Shown here one piece after another: positions 36,488 to 49,741 of a stretch of DNA of 64,000 nt. The notes under the pieces were generated by a model that saw only the letters and a list, made by a program, of their open reading frames with translations, ran no database searches and was not told where the DNA came from. Numbering within the stretch: position 1 is the stretch's first letter; each line of letters begins with the position of its first letter. The stretch is from contig NC_043000.1 of assembly GCF_006345805.1 (NCBI RefSeq), positions 115,382,001-115,446,000 on the forward strand, given 5' to 3'. A program made the translations under genes and the position numbers. This DNA is from Octopus sinensis. Taxonomy: Eukaryota.

Positions 36488-37593
36488 GTAAATTATGAAT
36501 AATATCCACTGTCTTCGATTTTCAATCCTCAGTATGTGTCTGTGCTCACAGACTTACTTTTCCAAGTTATTTAAGCTGTGAATTTGCATCCTAGAGCTGT
36601 TGGATTCATGGCTAAGCACATATGTTATTTTTCCCAATGTTTGTAAAGAGCTCTGTTAAACAATAATCCAATGATATCATAACAGCAAAAGTAGCACAGT
36701 ATTGAGTGACCTTCACTTGTTGAAATATAATTTAAATTTCACCACAAGAAAATTCTAATTTCTTTTCAAGTTGTATTGATTTTAAAATACATAGAAAAAC
36801 GTCGACGACTGTTTTTAACTATTTAAAAAATATTTTAAAGTCTCACTGCATCTGATCAAAGAAAAGCAGGCTTTTATTTAACAAATGTTAATTTCGCAAA
36901 TAAACACCGACTCAGTAAAGCAAATGGGCTAATAAAATAAAACAACTTTTTGAATTAACTTAACATGTCTTATAAGATAAGCATTGTTATCTACAGTGTG
37001 TGTAGGTGTATGTGTGTCTGATTTCAGGTTCATAATGATAATGTATGCACTATGGACACAGCTTGAATATAATAGCATTTGAGTTAGGAGGTTGTATTCT
37101 GTCTATTTGTACTTGTTTGTTTACTTGCATTTTGAAGGACTTGTTTGCTTGCTTGCTTGCTTGCTGTTTACTGTTGCTTAAATAGAACAGAGCTATAATT
37201 TTGTCTAACGAATTGAACTGCAGTAGAATTGTTGTTGTTGTTGTTATTGAGCAAGACATCTAATCTGGAATTCCTATTTTTCAAACTCTGCTGCCCTTGT
37301 TGCGTTGTGCCTCAGTCACATTTATTTATTACTTCTACCTGTCTTAGTCAACTTTGTTGTCAATGTGTACGTACTTATTTTTGTGTGTGTGTGTGTGTGT
37401 GAGAGAGAAAGAGAGAAATGGTCTGACTCGTTTGCTGAACTAGTTACCATACAACTAATAACTATTATATATAGGAATAGTGACTGCAAGTCAAAAATCT
37501 GTTGTAACTGAATTTCTTTTGTGTGTGTGAGTGTGTGTAAGTAATTGAATCAAATGTAAAGCTCTCAATTAATAAACCTTCGTCAGAAGTTAA

Positions 37594-37822
37594 AAAGGCA
37601 GTGAACTGGCAGAAATGTTAGCACACCGGGCGAAACTCTTAGCAATATTTCGTCTTCCGTTATGTTCTGTGTTCAAATTCTGCCGAGATCGACTTTGCCT
37701 GCCATCCTTATGGGGTTGATAAATTAAGTACCAGTTACGCACTGGGGGTGATGTAATCAACTTAATCCCTTTCTCCTTGTTTGTCCCCTCTATGTTTAGC
37801 CCCCTGTGAGCAATAAAGAAAT
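37594..37822 (+). mobile_element. SINE type B
   Basis: Full copy with TSD agaagttaaaa. Confidence 0.88.
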
Positions 37823-38074
37823 AAGAAGTTAAAACAACCAACGAAATTCTGTTGAATTTGTCTTGATAGAGCAGTGGTTTATTATTTTCCATCACAGATT
37901 AATAAGTTGGTCAACAAGATGTCAAATGTATTTAGTTTCATTTTATAGTTTTGAGGTTAAATGTTACTTGTGTGTGTGTGTTTATTTTCGCATTTACGTC
38001 TTGAGTGTTGGTAAATACCAAAATAGAAATTGGTACTGATAAAATTCTGCTCTCTGTAGGTGAACATGCACTGT

Positions 38075-38620
38075 TTTGTAGGCACAGGAGTTTCTATGCG
38101 GTTAAGAGGTTTGTTTCCCAAACACATGGCTTTGGGCTCGGTCCCAATGCTTGGCACCAAGGGCAAAATGTTTCTTGCTATAGCCGCAGGCTGACAAAGC
38201 CTTGTGAATGGATTTTGTACAAAGAAACTGAATGTGTGTGTGTGCATCTTTCCTTGTCTTCACATCAGTAATGGTTTCTTGGTAAGGTGACATCATCATC
38301 GTTTAACGTCTGCTTTCCCTGCTAGCATAGGTTGGACGATTTTGACTGAGGGCTGGCGAACCAAATGGCTGCACCAGGCTCCAATCTTGATCTAGCAGAG
38401 TTTCTACAGCTGGATGCCCTTCCTAACTAACGCCAATCACTCTGAGAGTGTAGTGGGTGCTTTTTACGTGCCACAGGCGCCAGTCAGGCGGTACTGGCAA
38501 TGACCTTGCTTGAATCTTTTTACACGTGCCACCGGCACAGGTGCCAGTGAAGCGATGTTGGTAACGATCACGCTCAAATGATGCCCTTTTACGTGCCATG
38601 GGTACGGAAGCCAGTTGGCT
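38075..38620. mobile_element. SINE A' head (+) abutting an RTE 3'-UTR fragment (-, 38291-38620)
   Basis: Head and core to about 38290, then catcatcatcgtttaacgtc... with hairpin repeats. Confidence 0.75.
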
Positions 38621-39572
38621 GCTCCCAGATTATTACTCTTAAGGTGTCTTTCACTTGATTTTTATAGAAGCATACAATACCATTGCATCAGTGTAATTTA
38701 TAATTTTTATTCATTAATTGTAAAACCAGTGTATACTTTAATCCTTAAGTGTTTGGATTACTCTTTCATTCACATTGGTTTAAATTAATCATAATCAAGA
38801 TTGTTCACAACAATATTTGTTTGTCACTTTAACTTTTTATGTACAGACTTGAAATTTTGTCACCAGGTGTATATAACTACATAATTTTGCATTTTCTGTA
38901 AAGTGAAAAAATATGAATTGGCATCGTATTGTTTGATTATATTGCCATAAAATTTTGAAAAGCATTTTGAAGATTTTCACTTATGCTCTCAAAATATTCT
39001 TCCTTGGTAGATGAATATTTATAGCTGATTCATCTAAAGACAACTCCTTGCTATTTGTTTCTTTTTCAAACGTAAACCCTTGAATTGCTTCTTGCAGAAA
39101 CCATATCAGAAATTAGAAAAAATAATTGGGTTTTTTTGTTTTTTTTTTTGTTATCCAAAGCATTTTTATAAGTTGTCCAAAATGTCCATGCTTGTTTTGT
39201 ATGTTCTGAGCAATGTAAAGCTTTCCTTTTCATAAGTCCCAAATTACTCTGGTGGTTGAAAAAAAATAGGCAGATGGTTAAATTTTATGATTTAATATCT
39301 TTTAAACACACTACTGACCGACTATATGGTTACACATTCAAAAACCTTTACTACAGCAATCATTGTGTTGTGTCCCTAGACCCTTAACTGTTTGATTGTC
39401 AGAACATCTCATTCCAATTTGGTGATTCATATCATATCTTCATTTTACTTTTTGAGAGCTTGAAACATTATTGAATGGTGAGATAGATAAAACTATCAAA
39501 TAATTAATAAATAACTAATGTAATAACATAACATTATTACATTTATGTCATCAGAAGAGTTTGTTTAGCTAT

Positions 39573-39801
39573 TTGACCCTTTAACATTTAAACTGACCAT
39601 GTCCAGCCGAAATATTCCACTTGCTTTATGTTCAAACCATCCCAACCTAGCCTCTCGTATCTACCTTGTAAATGTCATCTTAAAAATAAACAATAACATC
39701 ATCAAAATCTCAAAGCTACAAGATAATGCAGGATTCATTCAAAACATTGGGAATAAATAAACATTATATTTGACAGAATAATCTAAATGCTGAAAGGTTA
39801 A
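39573..39801 (+). mobile_element. piggyBac-type MITE family 2
   Basis: ttgaccctttaacatttaaac ... atgctgaaaggTTAA. Confidence 0.75.
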
Positions 39802-40000
39802 AAGCTAACATATACTGTTAAATTCATGCTTATTTCTTGAGCTGTCAGAATTTTTCCTCACACATCTGTGACCTGGTCATTGACACAGCTCCAGAAAACT
39901 GTTTGAAATGCAGTTAATGGTTTCTTCTTACAGGCCTTGCAGTTTTTTCTTTTACTGAAATTATGCACCTCCTGTATTCATATTGACTTCAAACTAGGCC

Positions 40001-40392
40001 TTACTTATTTACTCTTTTACTAGTTTCAGTCATTTGACTGTGGCCATGCTGGAGCACCGCCTTTAGTCGAGCAAATCGACCCCAGGACTTATTCTTTGTA
40101 AGCCTAGTACTTATTCTATCGGTCTATTTTGCCAAACCGCTAAGTTATGGGATGTAAACACACCAGCATTGGTTGCCAAGCAATGTTGGGGGTGACAAAC
40201 ACAGATACATAGCCACACACATATATACGACGGGCTTCTTTCAGTTTCTGCCTACCAAATCTACTCACAAGGCTTTGGTCGGCCTGAGGCTATAGTAGAA
40301 GACACTTGCCCAAGGTGACACATAGTGTGACTGAACCCGGAACCTTGTGGTTGGTAAGCAAGCTACTTAACACACAGCCACACCTACGCCTA
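40001..40392 (-). mobile_element. SINE type A
   Basis: Full-length reverse-complement copy. Confidence 0.9.
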
Positions 40393-40660
40393 TTTGTTTA
40401 CAACTTTTTTTTTTAAGTTTTTAATTTATCCATGCTCCAATGCATATGTATAAGCAAAGTACTCCAGTACATTTCTTTTTGGGTAAAAGTCTTTAGAAGT
40501 TAGCTTACTGCTATCTAGAGGTTGTTAAAAGGGTGGGTGCAAAAGTAATCTAAAAATAACGTTGATAAATGTGATTAAACACACCTATATACATACATGC
40601 ATATAGGTCACCTGTTAAAAACAAGTACAACTCTGAAACTTTGTACTGTTATTTATAAGA

Positions 40661-40889
40661 TGGCAGCGAGCTGGCAGAAACGTTAGCATGCAGGGCGAAA
40701 TGCGTAACTGTATTTCGTCTGCTGTTACGTTCTGGGTTCAAATTCCGCTGAGGTCGATTTTGCCTTTCAGCCTTTCGGGGTCGATAAATTAAGTAACAGT
40801 TACACACTGGGGTCGATGTAATCGACTTAATCTGTTTGTCCTTGTTTGTCCCCCTCTGTGTTTAGGCCTTTGTGGGTAGTAAAGAAATA
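40661..40889 (+). mobile_element. SINE type B
   Basis: TSD tatttataaga (40650-40660, 40890-40900). Confidence 0.9.
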
Positions 40890-40898
40890 TATTTATAA

Positions 40899-41059
40899 GA
40901 GGAGTGGCTGTGTGGTAAGTAGCTTGCTTACCAACCACATGGTTCCGGGTTCAGTCCCACTGCGTGGCATCTTGGGCAAGTGTCTTCTGCTATAGCCTCG
41001 GGCCGACCAATGCCTTGTGAGTGGATTTGGTAGACGGAAACTGAAAGAAGCCTGTCGGA

Positions 41060-41131
<72 letters not shown>

Positions 41132-41357
41132 ATATTTGTGTGTCTGTGTTTGCCCCCCTAGCATTGCTTGACAACCGATGCTATTGTGTTTATGTCCCCC
41201 TTCACTTAGCGGTTCGGCAAAAAGAGACCGATAGAATAAGTACTGGGCTTACAAAGAATAAGTCCCGGGGTCGAGTTGCTCAATTAAAGGCGGTGCTCCA
41301 GCATGGCCGCAGTCAAATGACTGAAACAAGTAAAAGAGTAAAAGAGAAAAGAGAGAG
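40899..41357 (+). mobile_element. SINE type A, young
   Basis: Full length, CpGs largely retained, long central (TA)n. Confidence 0.92.
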
Positions 41358-42487
41358 TGTTTGGTTTTAAAAGGAAATAAACAGAAGCAGAAACATTTAG
41401 TCTCAGTGTTTAAGCAAGACTAGTCCAATCAACAAAACTTCTTATTTGGAACTTAGATCTGTATCGTAAGAAATGCTAACAAGTATGCAATGGTTACTCC
41501 ACTGCATTTCTTCTCCAATCCCAGATTAGTGCCTTTCCTTCAACTATTGGTCAACCAAGAAGTGGGAATTTGTTTTAAGGTGGACTGAAGTAGACAGACA
41601 CCAGCTTTGCCCTGGAACATGACATAGTGTCATTTATCACTGACTCATTCATCACTGATCTATAAGAACATGATACTAGTGACCACCCACAGTGCACTAA
41701 TTTTTGCTTGTGTTTACATGACCATGCTGCAGGCCTGTGTGTTTTTGATGTGGAATTTATGTGCTTGTACCCATTAACATGGGACTAGTGGATAGGAAAA
41801 ACTACAAAGGCCTCTGACTCCACAAATGATGCAGACGAGTGAATTCTTTGCATGAAAAGGTAGACGATAAAGAAAATATCTGACAAAAACCTTTGCTGTT
41901 GTGGGCTATGAGTGTGGTGTCAGTGAATCTACCATTCATTACAGAATGTGTGGAGAATTCATTTATCAAAGTATCAATCTGGGACAATGGACTGGTAGAA
42001 TTGTTAGAGCATCAAATGGGATTCCTAGTAGTCTGTTCCAGCTCTTTGCTGCAAACTATGGCTCTCATACTCATCGAGTATGAGATGTTTTGGCATTGCT
42101 GATTTGACTCTCATTTATTTCACATCAGATGTTTTAATGTTCATTCTCTCCACCTCATCATCATCATCATTGTTTAACATTCACTTTCCATGCTGGACAG
42201 TTGGGCTGAGGACTGGCAAGCCAGTCTAGGTAAAATTTATAAAAAAAACATTAATCTTTTTTAAGCAGTTTAAAAATAGTTTGCTTCTATTTTCTTATAT
42301 AGACAGCTTACATGAATTATGGTTTTATATATATATATGTAGTAGTCTTTACAAGTGTTGTCAGTTTTCTTACAACTGAAGTTGTTAAAAAAAGTTATAA
42401 AATCTTTTCTTATTACAGTATGATTACTATATGTGCATTGATTACAGTATGCTGTGAAAAGTCTAATATACATTTCTGTTTCTACAG

Positions 42488-42541
42488 GAGCCTGTAGCAC
42501 CTTTGAAGTCAGAAGTTCCAATGAAGAAGAATAATCGCCCT
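42488..42541 (+). CDS. YTHDF: Candidate 54-nt exon of YTHDF (EPVAPLKSEVPMKKNNRP)
   Basis: Acceptor catttctgtttctacag|GAG, 18 open codons in phase 0, donor CCT|GTAAGT. Confidence 0.7.
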
Positions 42542-42586
42542 GTAAGTTCAAATATTTATCAAATATGTGTTATATAAATATAACTA

Positions 42587-42752
42587 TACCATTTGTGTGT
42601 AAAGTTGCACTATTTTATACTTGATTTTAACTGAAAATCCTGGGGTGTGATTTATTCATAAGGCAGAGCTAAAATTATAAAGAGGAAATGTTTTGTACCA
42701 AGATTTAACATTAAATTAGGGGTGCAACTTACAAGTGCAAGTAAATACAGCA
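42587..42752. mobile_element. Degenerate pogo/Tigger-like MITE
   Basis: Imperfect TIRs taccatttgtgtgtaaagttgcac ... gtgcaacttacaagtgcaagtaaatacag. Confidence 0.4.
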
Positions 42753-43159
42753 GTTACAAAGCCTGTGAAAATGGCTAAATCTGTAGAACGGGAATTCAAG
42801 TTCACTAAATTGCTTTCCATTCTTCAGTGATTGATTAAAAGGAAGTATTAATATTTTGGAAGTTGATCCAACAAAAGAATTAACCTCCAAGATTTCTGTC
42901 TAAAGAACTCGTTACATTAATAATATATAAACGACAACTGACAGTTGTTACTTCTCTATGTACAAGTATTTGAGATGGTTTTGAGGCATCTGATAATTAT
43001 TGAAAATATGAAACAGTTTGTCTTTTTTAACAAAAAAAAAAAATTGGGAATTTTATGCAAAGAAATAGGTTGAGGGTTCCGTCCATTCTTTTATGGTCTA
43101 AGACAATTATTTTTAGTTATTTCTTAATTGCTATGAAAATGACAAGTATCCTCCTTTCT

Positions 43160-43335
43160 CATCATCATCGCCATTTAACATCTATTTTCTGTGCTGGCAT
43201 GGGTTGACCAGTTCAACAGAAATGACAGGCCAGGGGCTGTGCCAAGCTCCAATATCTCCATTAGCATGGTTTCTATGGTTGGACGCCCTTGCTAATGCCA
43301 ACCACTTCACAGATTGTATTAGATGCTTTGTACGA
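43160..43335 (-). mobile_element. Old RTE 3' tip
   Basis: catcatcgccatttaacatc...gcatggg...gcccttgctaatgccaaccac. Confidence 0.65.
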
Positions 43336-44009
43336 GTCACTGGCATCAATGTGGACAGGAAGTAACGTGCAAGATACACAAACAATTATGTATGTAACAT
43401 ATTGAAAGATACTGCAACACAGTAATAGGCTAGAACATCGAAGTGGGAGACTAAGAAAGAGGCTGTACCATTGGAAAATAGTGTATTTGATGTTAAATAT
43501 CAAAATTAAAATGTTAGTATTTCTTGCTATTTTATTTATTGTAATTTATCCGCTGTTTATCCAGTGGTGTGTTATGTAAGATCAACAAATGCAGAAAAAT
43601 AGAGGATGTTTGGTTTCGTGTATCACCACCCTGGCATATTTGTGTTGCAACAGCAACTGCTTTCATTGATAAGTCAGCACTAAACGGCCAACCCCCTCCC
43701 CTCGACCTGTAGCAGTTTGCTGACTCGGTTTTCATGGATCCACTATAGATTGGTGTGTTGGTGCACCTGGAGCTGTTGCTGTCAACTAAAGTATAGCCTA
43801 ATGTCTAGAAACATTGTCCTTTAAGACCCACGTTTTTGTGCTTGCATGGGTCGGATGGAATTTGCTGGGGCAGATATTCTTTCCTGTCATCAACCCTCAC
43901 CTGTTTCCAAATGAGGTAATATTTTCATGGAAGACTGGAAACAAATGATGTTTATTTGCACCTGTCACATGATGTTGAGGCAAGGATATATATACGTTAT
44001 AAAGATGTA

Positions 44010-44064
44010 TAAATCCTTTAAAATGTTTTAGCCCGAAGGCCACGGCCATGCTGGGGCACCACCG
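44010..44064 (-). mobile_element. 3' tip of the CR1-type LINE
   Basis: Near-identical to 62993-63047. Confidence 0.85.
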
Positions 44065-44120
44065 ATGATGTAAAACATCAATAAACACAATTAACTTGAA
44101 ATAATTTAATCTGATATGTG

Positions 44121-44290
44121 TCATCATCATCATCATCATTGTTAAATGTCTGCTTTCCATGCTGGCATGGGTTGGATGGTTTGAGAGGAGCTGGCTAGAC
44201 AGAAGACTGCACCATGCTTTGTTATCTGTTTTGGCATGGTTTTGGGGGCTGGATACCCTTCCTAACATTAACCACTCTGCAGAGTGTATG
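44121..44290 (-). mobile_element. Old RTE 3' tip
   Basis: (cat)n tgttaaatgtctgctttccatgctggcatgggttgg. Confidence 0.7.
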
Positions 44291-44808
44291 TGTAGCTAAT
44301 GATTCTTCTTTTGTCTCTGAAATCTATTTATGTCTGCTCAGCAAGAGATAACATCTGAGATTGCATATTGAAACTATTTTCAGGTTCATTTACAACATGC
44401 ACTGATATCCATTTTAGCCCAAACCTATTACACACACATGCATATGCATATACACGCACACACGGGTGCAAACATGAATGTGTGGTTAAGAGCCAGTTTG
44501 TACCAGGTTCATTTCCACTGCTCCTTAGGCAGATGTGTTCTCTAGCCCTGATTCAACCAGTATCTTGCAAGTGGAATTGATTGGCTGAAGATTTATGGCA
44601 GCCACATCATATATCTCTGTGTGCGCATCAATGTTGACATTCTACAGCTTCGCTTGTCCCATCTGAGTGAAAGGGGGATATATTTATCTTGCTTGTTGAC
44701 ACGACTGGTTGCTCTGCATTGTCATCAACCATCATCATTTAATGTCCACTTCTCCATGCTCGCATGCATCAGGCAGAAGTATTAAGACAGATTTTCTGCC
44801 AATGTAAT

Positions 44809-45036
44809 TTAACCCTTTAGTGTTCAGATTACTCTGTTAAATCTAATACTTTTCCACTCAAATTGTTTTGAATTAATCAAGCATTATCTTATAGCTTTGA
44901 GGTTTCAATGATGTGGTTGTTTATTTTTAGAATGTCAATGTAGGTTAGGTGTGAGAGGCTAGATTTGGCCAGTTTGAATATAAAACATGTGGAATATCTG
45001 GGCCGGATATGGCCAGTTTAAACACTAAAGGGTTAA
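44809..45036 (-). mobile_element. piggyBac-type MITE family 2
   Basis: TTAA CCCTTTAG ... CTAAAGGG TTAA. Confidence 0.88.
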
Positions 45037-46667
45037 AAAAAAAAGTCTCTTTGAGAAAGTGTTGGCAACAAAAATGACATCTGATCCCAAATACCCCACC
45101 ACACCCACACTTAACCCATGTTTGCATAGAAAAACTATAATTAGATATCAGGCATAGTATACATTTACAATCTGATTGTTGATACTCTGACCTGATTATC
45201 AATGCATTTATTATATAATTTGAGGGTGATTGTTGAAAACTCAATATAACAGTGTGTGTGTGTGTGAAAATAGGCAGAAGTTAATCCATTCAGATCCAGC
45301 TCTGTGCATGCATGTGTTGCTGGGTGTGTATGCATATGATGTAATTAAATCATAAATTAGCAGATAATTACACGATATAGTTTTATTGATACTGACTCTT
45401 AAGTCTGTGTTCACTTCCCACTTGTCATTCTATATCGTGTCTATTCACATCTCTTCTTTAACTTTGCTGCCTGTCTTCCTGCTGTCATCATCTTACCATC
45501 TCAAGCAGTGTAATTCTCTGCTATTTGATGAACCAGTAAATTATTTGTCTACAGTTTTGCCCTGTTTTTCCTCTTAAAGCTGGTTGTTCTAATTAGGTGG
45601 ATTATTGACATTTTTCTATTCTATAACCGTGTAGGTTCCTTGTTATAGTTCTATTGAAATATTGATTAGCCTCAATACATCCCCTCCCTCCCCCACCTCT
45701 TTCTCCCAGCAGTTGGATTTCTCTTTGTTTCCTTTTTTTCCTTCTATCCTCACAATTTTGTTCCTTTTCTCTCTCTCTCTCTCTCTGTCACTTTTTTTTT
45801 TTAAGCTAGTTATTTTGCTTTCACTATTCAGCACATATTCGTTATTACAAACTGGATTTGTTTAAGGGCGGAAAAAAGGGGCAAATAAAATCTTTTCATT
45901 TAATTATGGCCTTTGTGATTTTATGAGTAGTTTTAGCCACCAACTACTCTTTATTTAGAAAGTTTTTCTGAGAGCTACTGAAATATAAGGACTTTTTTCC
46001 TTTTTTTTTTTGTTGTTTTTTCTAACAATGTGTTAAATAATAAAAGAAATTTGTTTAGTCATTGGGTATCACATTTTTTCTATATTTCCTTGCTCTTTTT
46101 TCACACACACACACACACATTATTTAAGCTAGCCTGAAAAGTCACTCTTTTACAGGAATATTTACACTGATTCAATGATTTTAAACATTTAATGGCTAGT
46201 TGTAGCTTTATACTGTGGATGTACTGATCGCCTTTCAATAGGTTAGGATTTTGTATCCCATGTCACTAACATTCTGTCATTCACTGCTTAACTGGTAAGA
46301 AAAACAAGCAAGAATTGTACACACACACACGGTCTCAACTCTAGGCTGACGAGAAGAGTTTAATTTTGTTATGCTTCATTACTTACAAACTCTCACGATT
46401 CTGTGTTTAATTATGAGATTAATGAGGACACATTTCCAATATGTCAGTTCAAAAGCATTACTGCATTTATATTGTATCTGTGATATGTCTGTTACTGATG
46501 ATTTGCTTGAGCAGGCATGGGGTCTCATATAGGGATCGACCCTTAGTTTAGGGGTCGCCAAACTTTTTCAACCATTGACCTCACTCCCTTTGATCGCTTC
46601 TCCTTCCACATCGACCACCTTCCTCATTTAAAATATCCTAATACTCTACCAATCATCTCTTAAACAG

Positions 46668-46820
46668 CAATAATAATAATAATAATCCTTTCTATTAAAG
46701 GCACAAAGCCTTGAAATTTTGAGGGAGGGGACTAGTCGATTACATCAACCCCAGTGTTTCACTGGTACTTAATTTATTGACCCCGAAAGGATGAAAGGCA
46801 AAGTTGACCTCGGTGGAATA
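46668..46820 (-). mobile_element. 5'-truncated SINE type B variant with (ATT)n tail
   Basis: Type B core followed by a different tail (gactagtcccctccc...ggctttgtgcc...aaaggattattatt). Confidence 0.7.
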
Positions 46821-47329
46821 ACAGCAATAGCAATAAAGGTACAATGGCAGAAATTTTTGGTAAAGAAGACAAGAAATTAGTGTTAAAATATCTGTGGTTC
46901 TGTTTAAATCTAAATAATTCTAAAAGGAAAGAGAATGATTTATTTGAATTAATTGCCATTCTTAACCTCTTTGTCAGATTGATTGTTTCGTTAAAGTTCC
47001 ATTACCTTTAAGTATTGTTTTGCTTTCACTTACTATTCATGATCTATCCTTCTACCCCATCCCCCTGCACATACACTTCCAGTTGGACTTGCCTCTTGAT
47101 ACTTTTATTGGGTGAGAATGGAAGATTCCACAACCACATACCACTTATGATTCATTGAATGATGGCAATTACAGGTAGTTGACCGATTTAATTCAGCTAC
47201 AAAATGTTTTATTTTTCTTTAACGTTTTTCTACTTTTTCTCTCTGTATTGTACAAAAGATCTTTGTGTGGTCAATTAACATAATTTTTGTATTTATTTCC
47301 CCATGCCTTGTACGGGTCAAATAAATCTT

Positions 47330-47995
47330 TCTTGAGCTTCCTTATCCACAGTTTCCTTCCTCTTAAATCTCTTGACCTTTCTGTCATTCCAATGGTCATT
47401 CTTGATTTGTATCCCAATGTCTGTACTAACTCAGTCTTCTCTTGATCACTACATCTCATTGCTCACGCTGCATCGACTGGCCTCCATGCCGGTGGCATGT
47501 GAAAAGCACCAACCGATCATGGCCATTTGCCAGCCTCCTTTAGCCTGTGCCAGTGGCACGTAAAAATCACCCACTACACTCATGGAGTGGTTGACATCAG
47601 GAAGGGCATCCAGCTGTAGAAAGACTGCCAGATCAGACTGGAGCCTGGTGCAGCCTTCTGGCTTCCCAGACCCCGGTCGAACCGTCCAACCCATGCTAGC
47701 ATGGAAAGCGGACGTTAAACGATGATGATGATGATGATGAGCACAGGCACATTAATTTTATGCTGGTGCCACATAAAAAAAAAAAACCCATGCCAGTACC
47801 TGTGTTGGTGCCACATAAACAACACCCATGCTGGTGCCACGTAAAAGCAACCAATGCACTCTATAAAGTGGTTGGCATTAGGGCTTCCAGTTGTAGAAAC
47901 CATGCTAAAACACAACTGGAGCCTGGTGTAACCCTCCAGTTTATCAGCTCCTGACCCATGCAAGCATGAAAGACAGAGGTTAAATGATGTTGATG
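47330..47995. mobile_element. Decayed RTE ORF fragment (-) plus two RTE 3' tips (+, 47470-47740 and 47760-47995)
   Basis: caagagaagactgagttagtacagacat resembles the QERRLRWYGH codons; the tips end in ggacgttaaacgatgatgatg. Confidence 0.65.
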
Positions 47996-48624
47996 CTTTT
48001 CTTTCTTCCATACATCCTCCACAGTCAGTATTCATTGTTTCCCTAGTATACAACATCACATTTTTCACTCAAGCATCATACAATCTGCTTCTTCTTTTTA
48101 AAGAGAGAGACTTTTTGTTGCTCACAAAAGTCATGGCTACCTGTACATTTTTCATTCTACTCTTATCATACTGTGCTGAGGAACACCCACAACCATTGCA
48201 GATTAAGTCACCTACATATTAGAAGCTATCTGTTACTTATTAACATTTGAAACCTTATTAACATATGAAAGAATTTTTTTCTGGTACTCTTGGCTCTTAA
48301 CTACTTGCATCCACCTACGACATACAGCGTCTTCCTTCTTTGTCAAACTTTGTCTATGATCTCAATATATTGCTTGTGCATCTGAAATGTTCGTTGAGCA
48401 CATCATATGAAATTTCTTCTTATTCCTTTTATGTGTATTGAACACAGCCACTTGTCAAATGACAGGAGAATCTTACCTTCTTTTCCGCCAGGTGAAACTT
48501 TTGTCTTTGCTAGGGATTTACTTTGGTTCTTGCTTTAACGTCTCTGTTTGAAATTTGCATCTCTGACTGACTCTGATATGAGAATCAGCATGCTAGGGGT
48601 TCGACAAGGATTCTAGTATCCTAC

Positions 48625-48852
48625 TTAACCCTTTAGCATTTAAACCGGCCATATCCGGCCAAAAGTATTCTACCTGTTTTATGTTCAAACTGGCTAGATC
48701 TGGTCTCTCACACCAACCCTACAATATCGTTTTAAAAATTAACAGCTACCTCATCAAAATCTCATAGCTACAACATTAATGCATGATTAGTTCAAAACAA
48801 TGTGGATAAAAAAGGATTAATTTTGGCAGAATAATGTGAACACAAGGGTTAA
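48625..48852 (+). mobile_element. piggyBac-type MITE family 2
   Basis: TTAA CCCTTTAGCATTTAAACCGGCC ... AAGGG TTAA. Confidence 0.88.
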
Positions 48853-49059
48853 ACACTAAAATTTGTCATTTTAACATCACAACCATGACATCTGAGATTT
48901 GGTCTGAGGAAATTAGGTGTCAGTAAAAACAATAGGAAGCGGTGTAACAAAGGGATTGGGTGGACGGTGGGGGGGGGATCTGTTATTTTGTCGATGTGTT
49001 GTTCTGTTAGTTGTTGTCTCAGAATTATTTTTACATTAGATCTCTTTCTACTTTTGCAG

Positions 49060-49116
49060 GAAAGGCGAGCAGCGGTCTCTACCAATCAGCGGCAGAAAGA
49101 TTCTCAAGTAGATTAG
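49060..49116 (+). CDS. YTHDF: Predicted terminal coding exon of YTHDF (ERRAAVSTNQRQKDSQVD*)
   Basis: Acceptor tctctttctacttttgcag|GAA in phase 0. It begins with ER, as the short last exon of vertebrate YTHDFs does after ...KK|. TAG at 49114-49116, followed by a long TE-free UTR-like tract. Confidence 0.8.
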   Translation, partial: ERRAAVSTNQRQKDSQVD

Positions 49117-49707
49117 GCTTGAACCTATATCCACTAAGTCGAAATGAGGGAGGAAAAGAAAATAACACTTGCACACACACCCACAGACATATATATATAT
49201 ACATACATATACACACTCCAATACATTGTACTGCAGTCATGCTCAGATTGACAATACACGAACATGTGCACACACAGAAAAAAGAAATTTTTTTAAAGGA
49301 AACATTCGTAAAATACATGATTGCTCAGACATATCACATCCATACACGCACGCAACAAACAACAACAAACACATGCACCAACATATATATGGACTCACTA
49401 AATAAATTCCTTCTCTCTAAAACAGACGTTTAACAAAAAGAAACATTTACTGACTTTATCATATCTAGGGAAAAAACTACAACATTGAAATTGGAATAAT
49501 GGAAGAGGCAGTTTCCACACGTTGTCTATGATTAATGGAAAAAAAAACAACAAGAAAGAAAAAATAACTAAAACAAAAAAGGCTGTTTGATTGCTCTTTA
49601 GGGGTTATGGGGGTAGTGATCTAAAAACTTATATCTCTGTATATTATATATATAATATATCTACATATATATATGTATATATATATATATGTATATATAT
49701 ACATATG

Positions 49708-49741
<34 letters not shown>

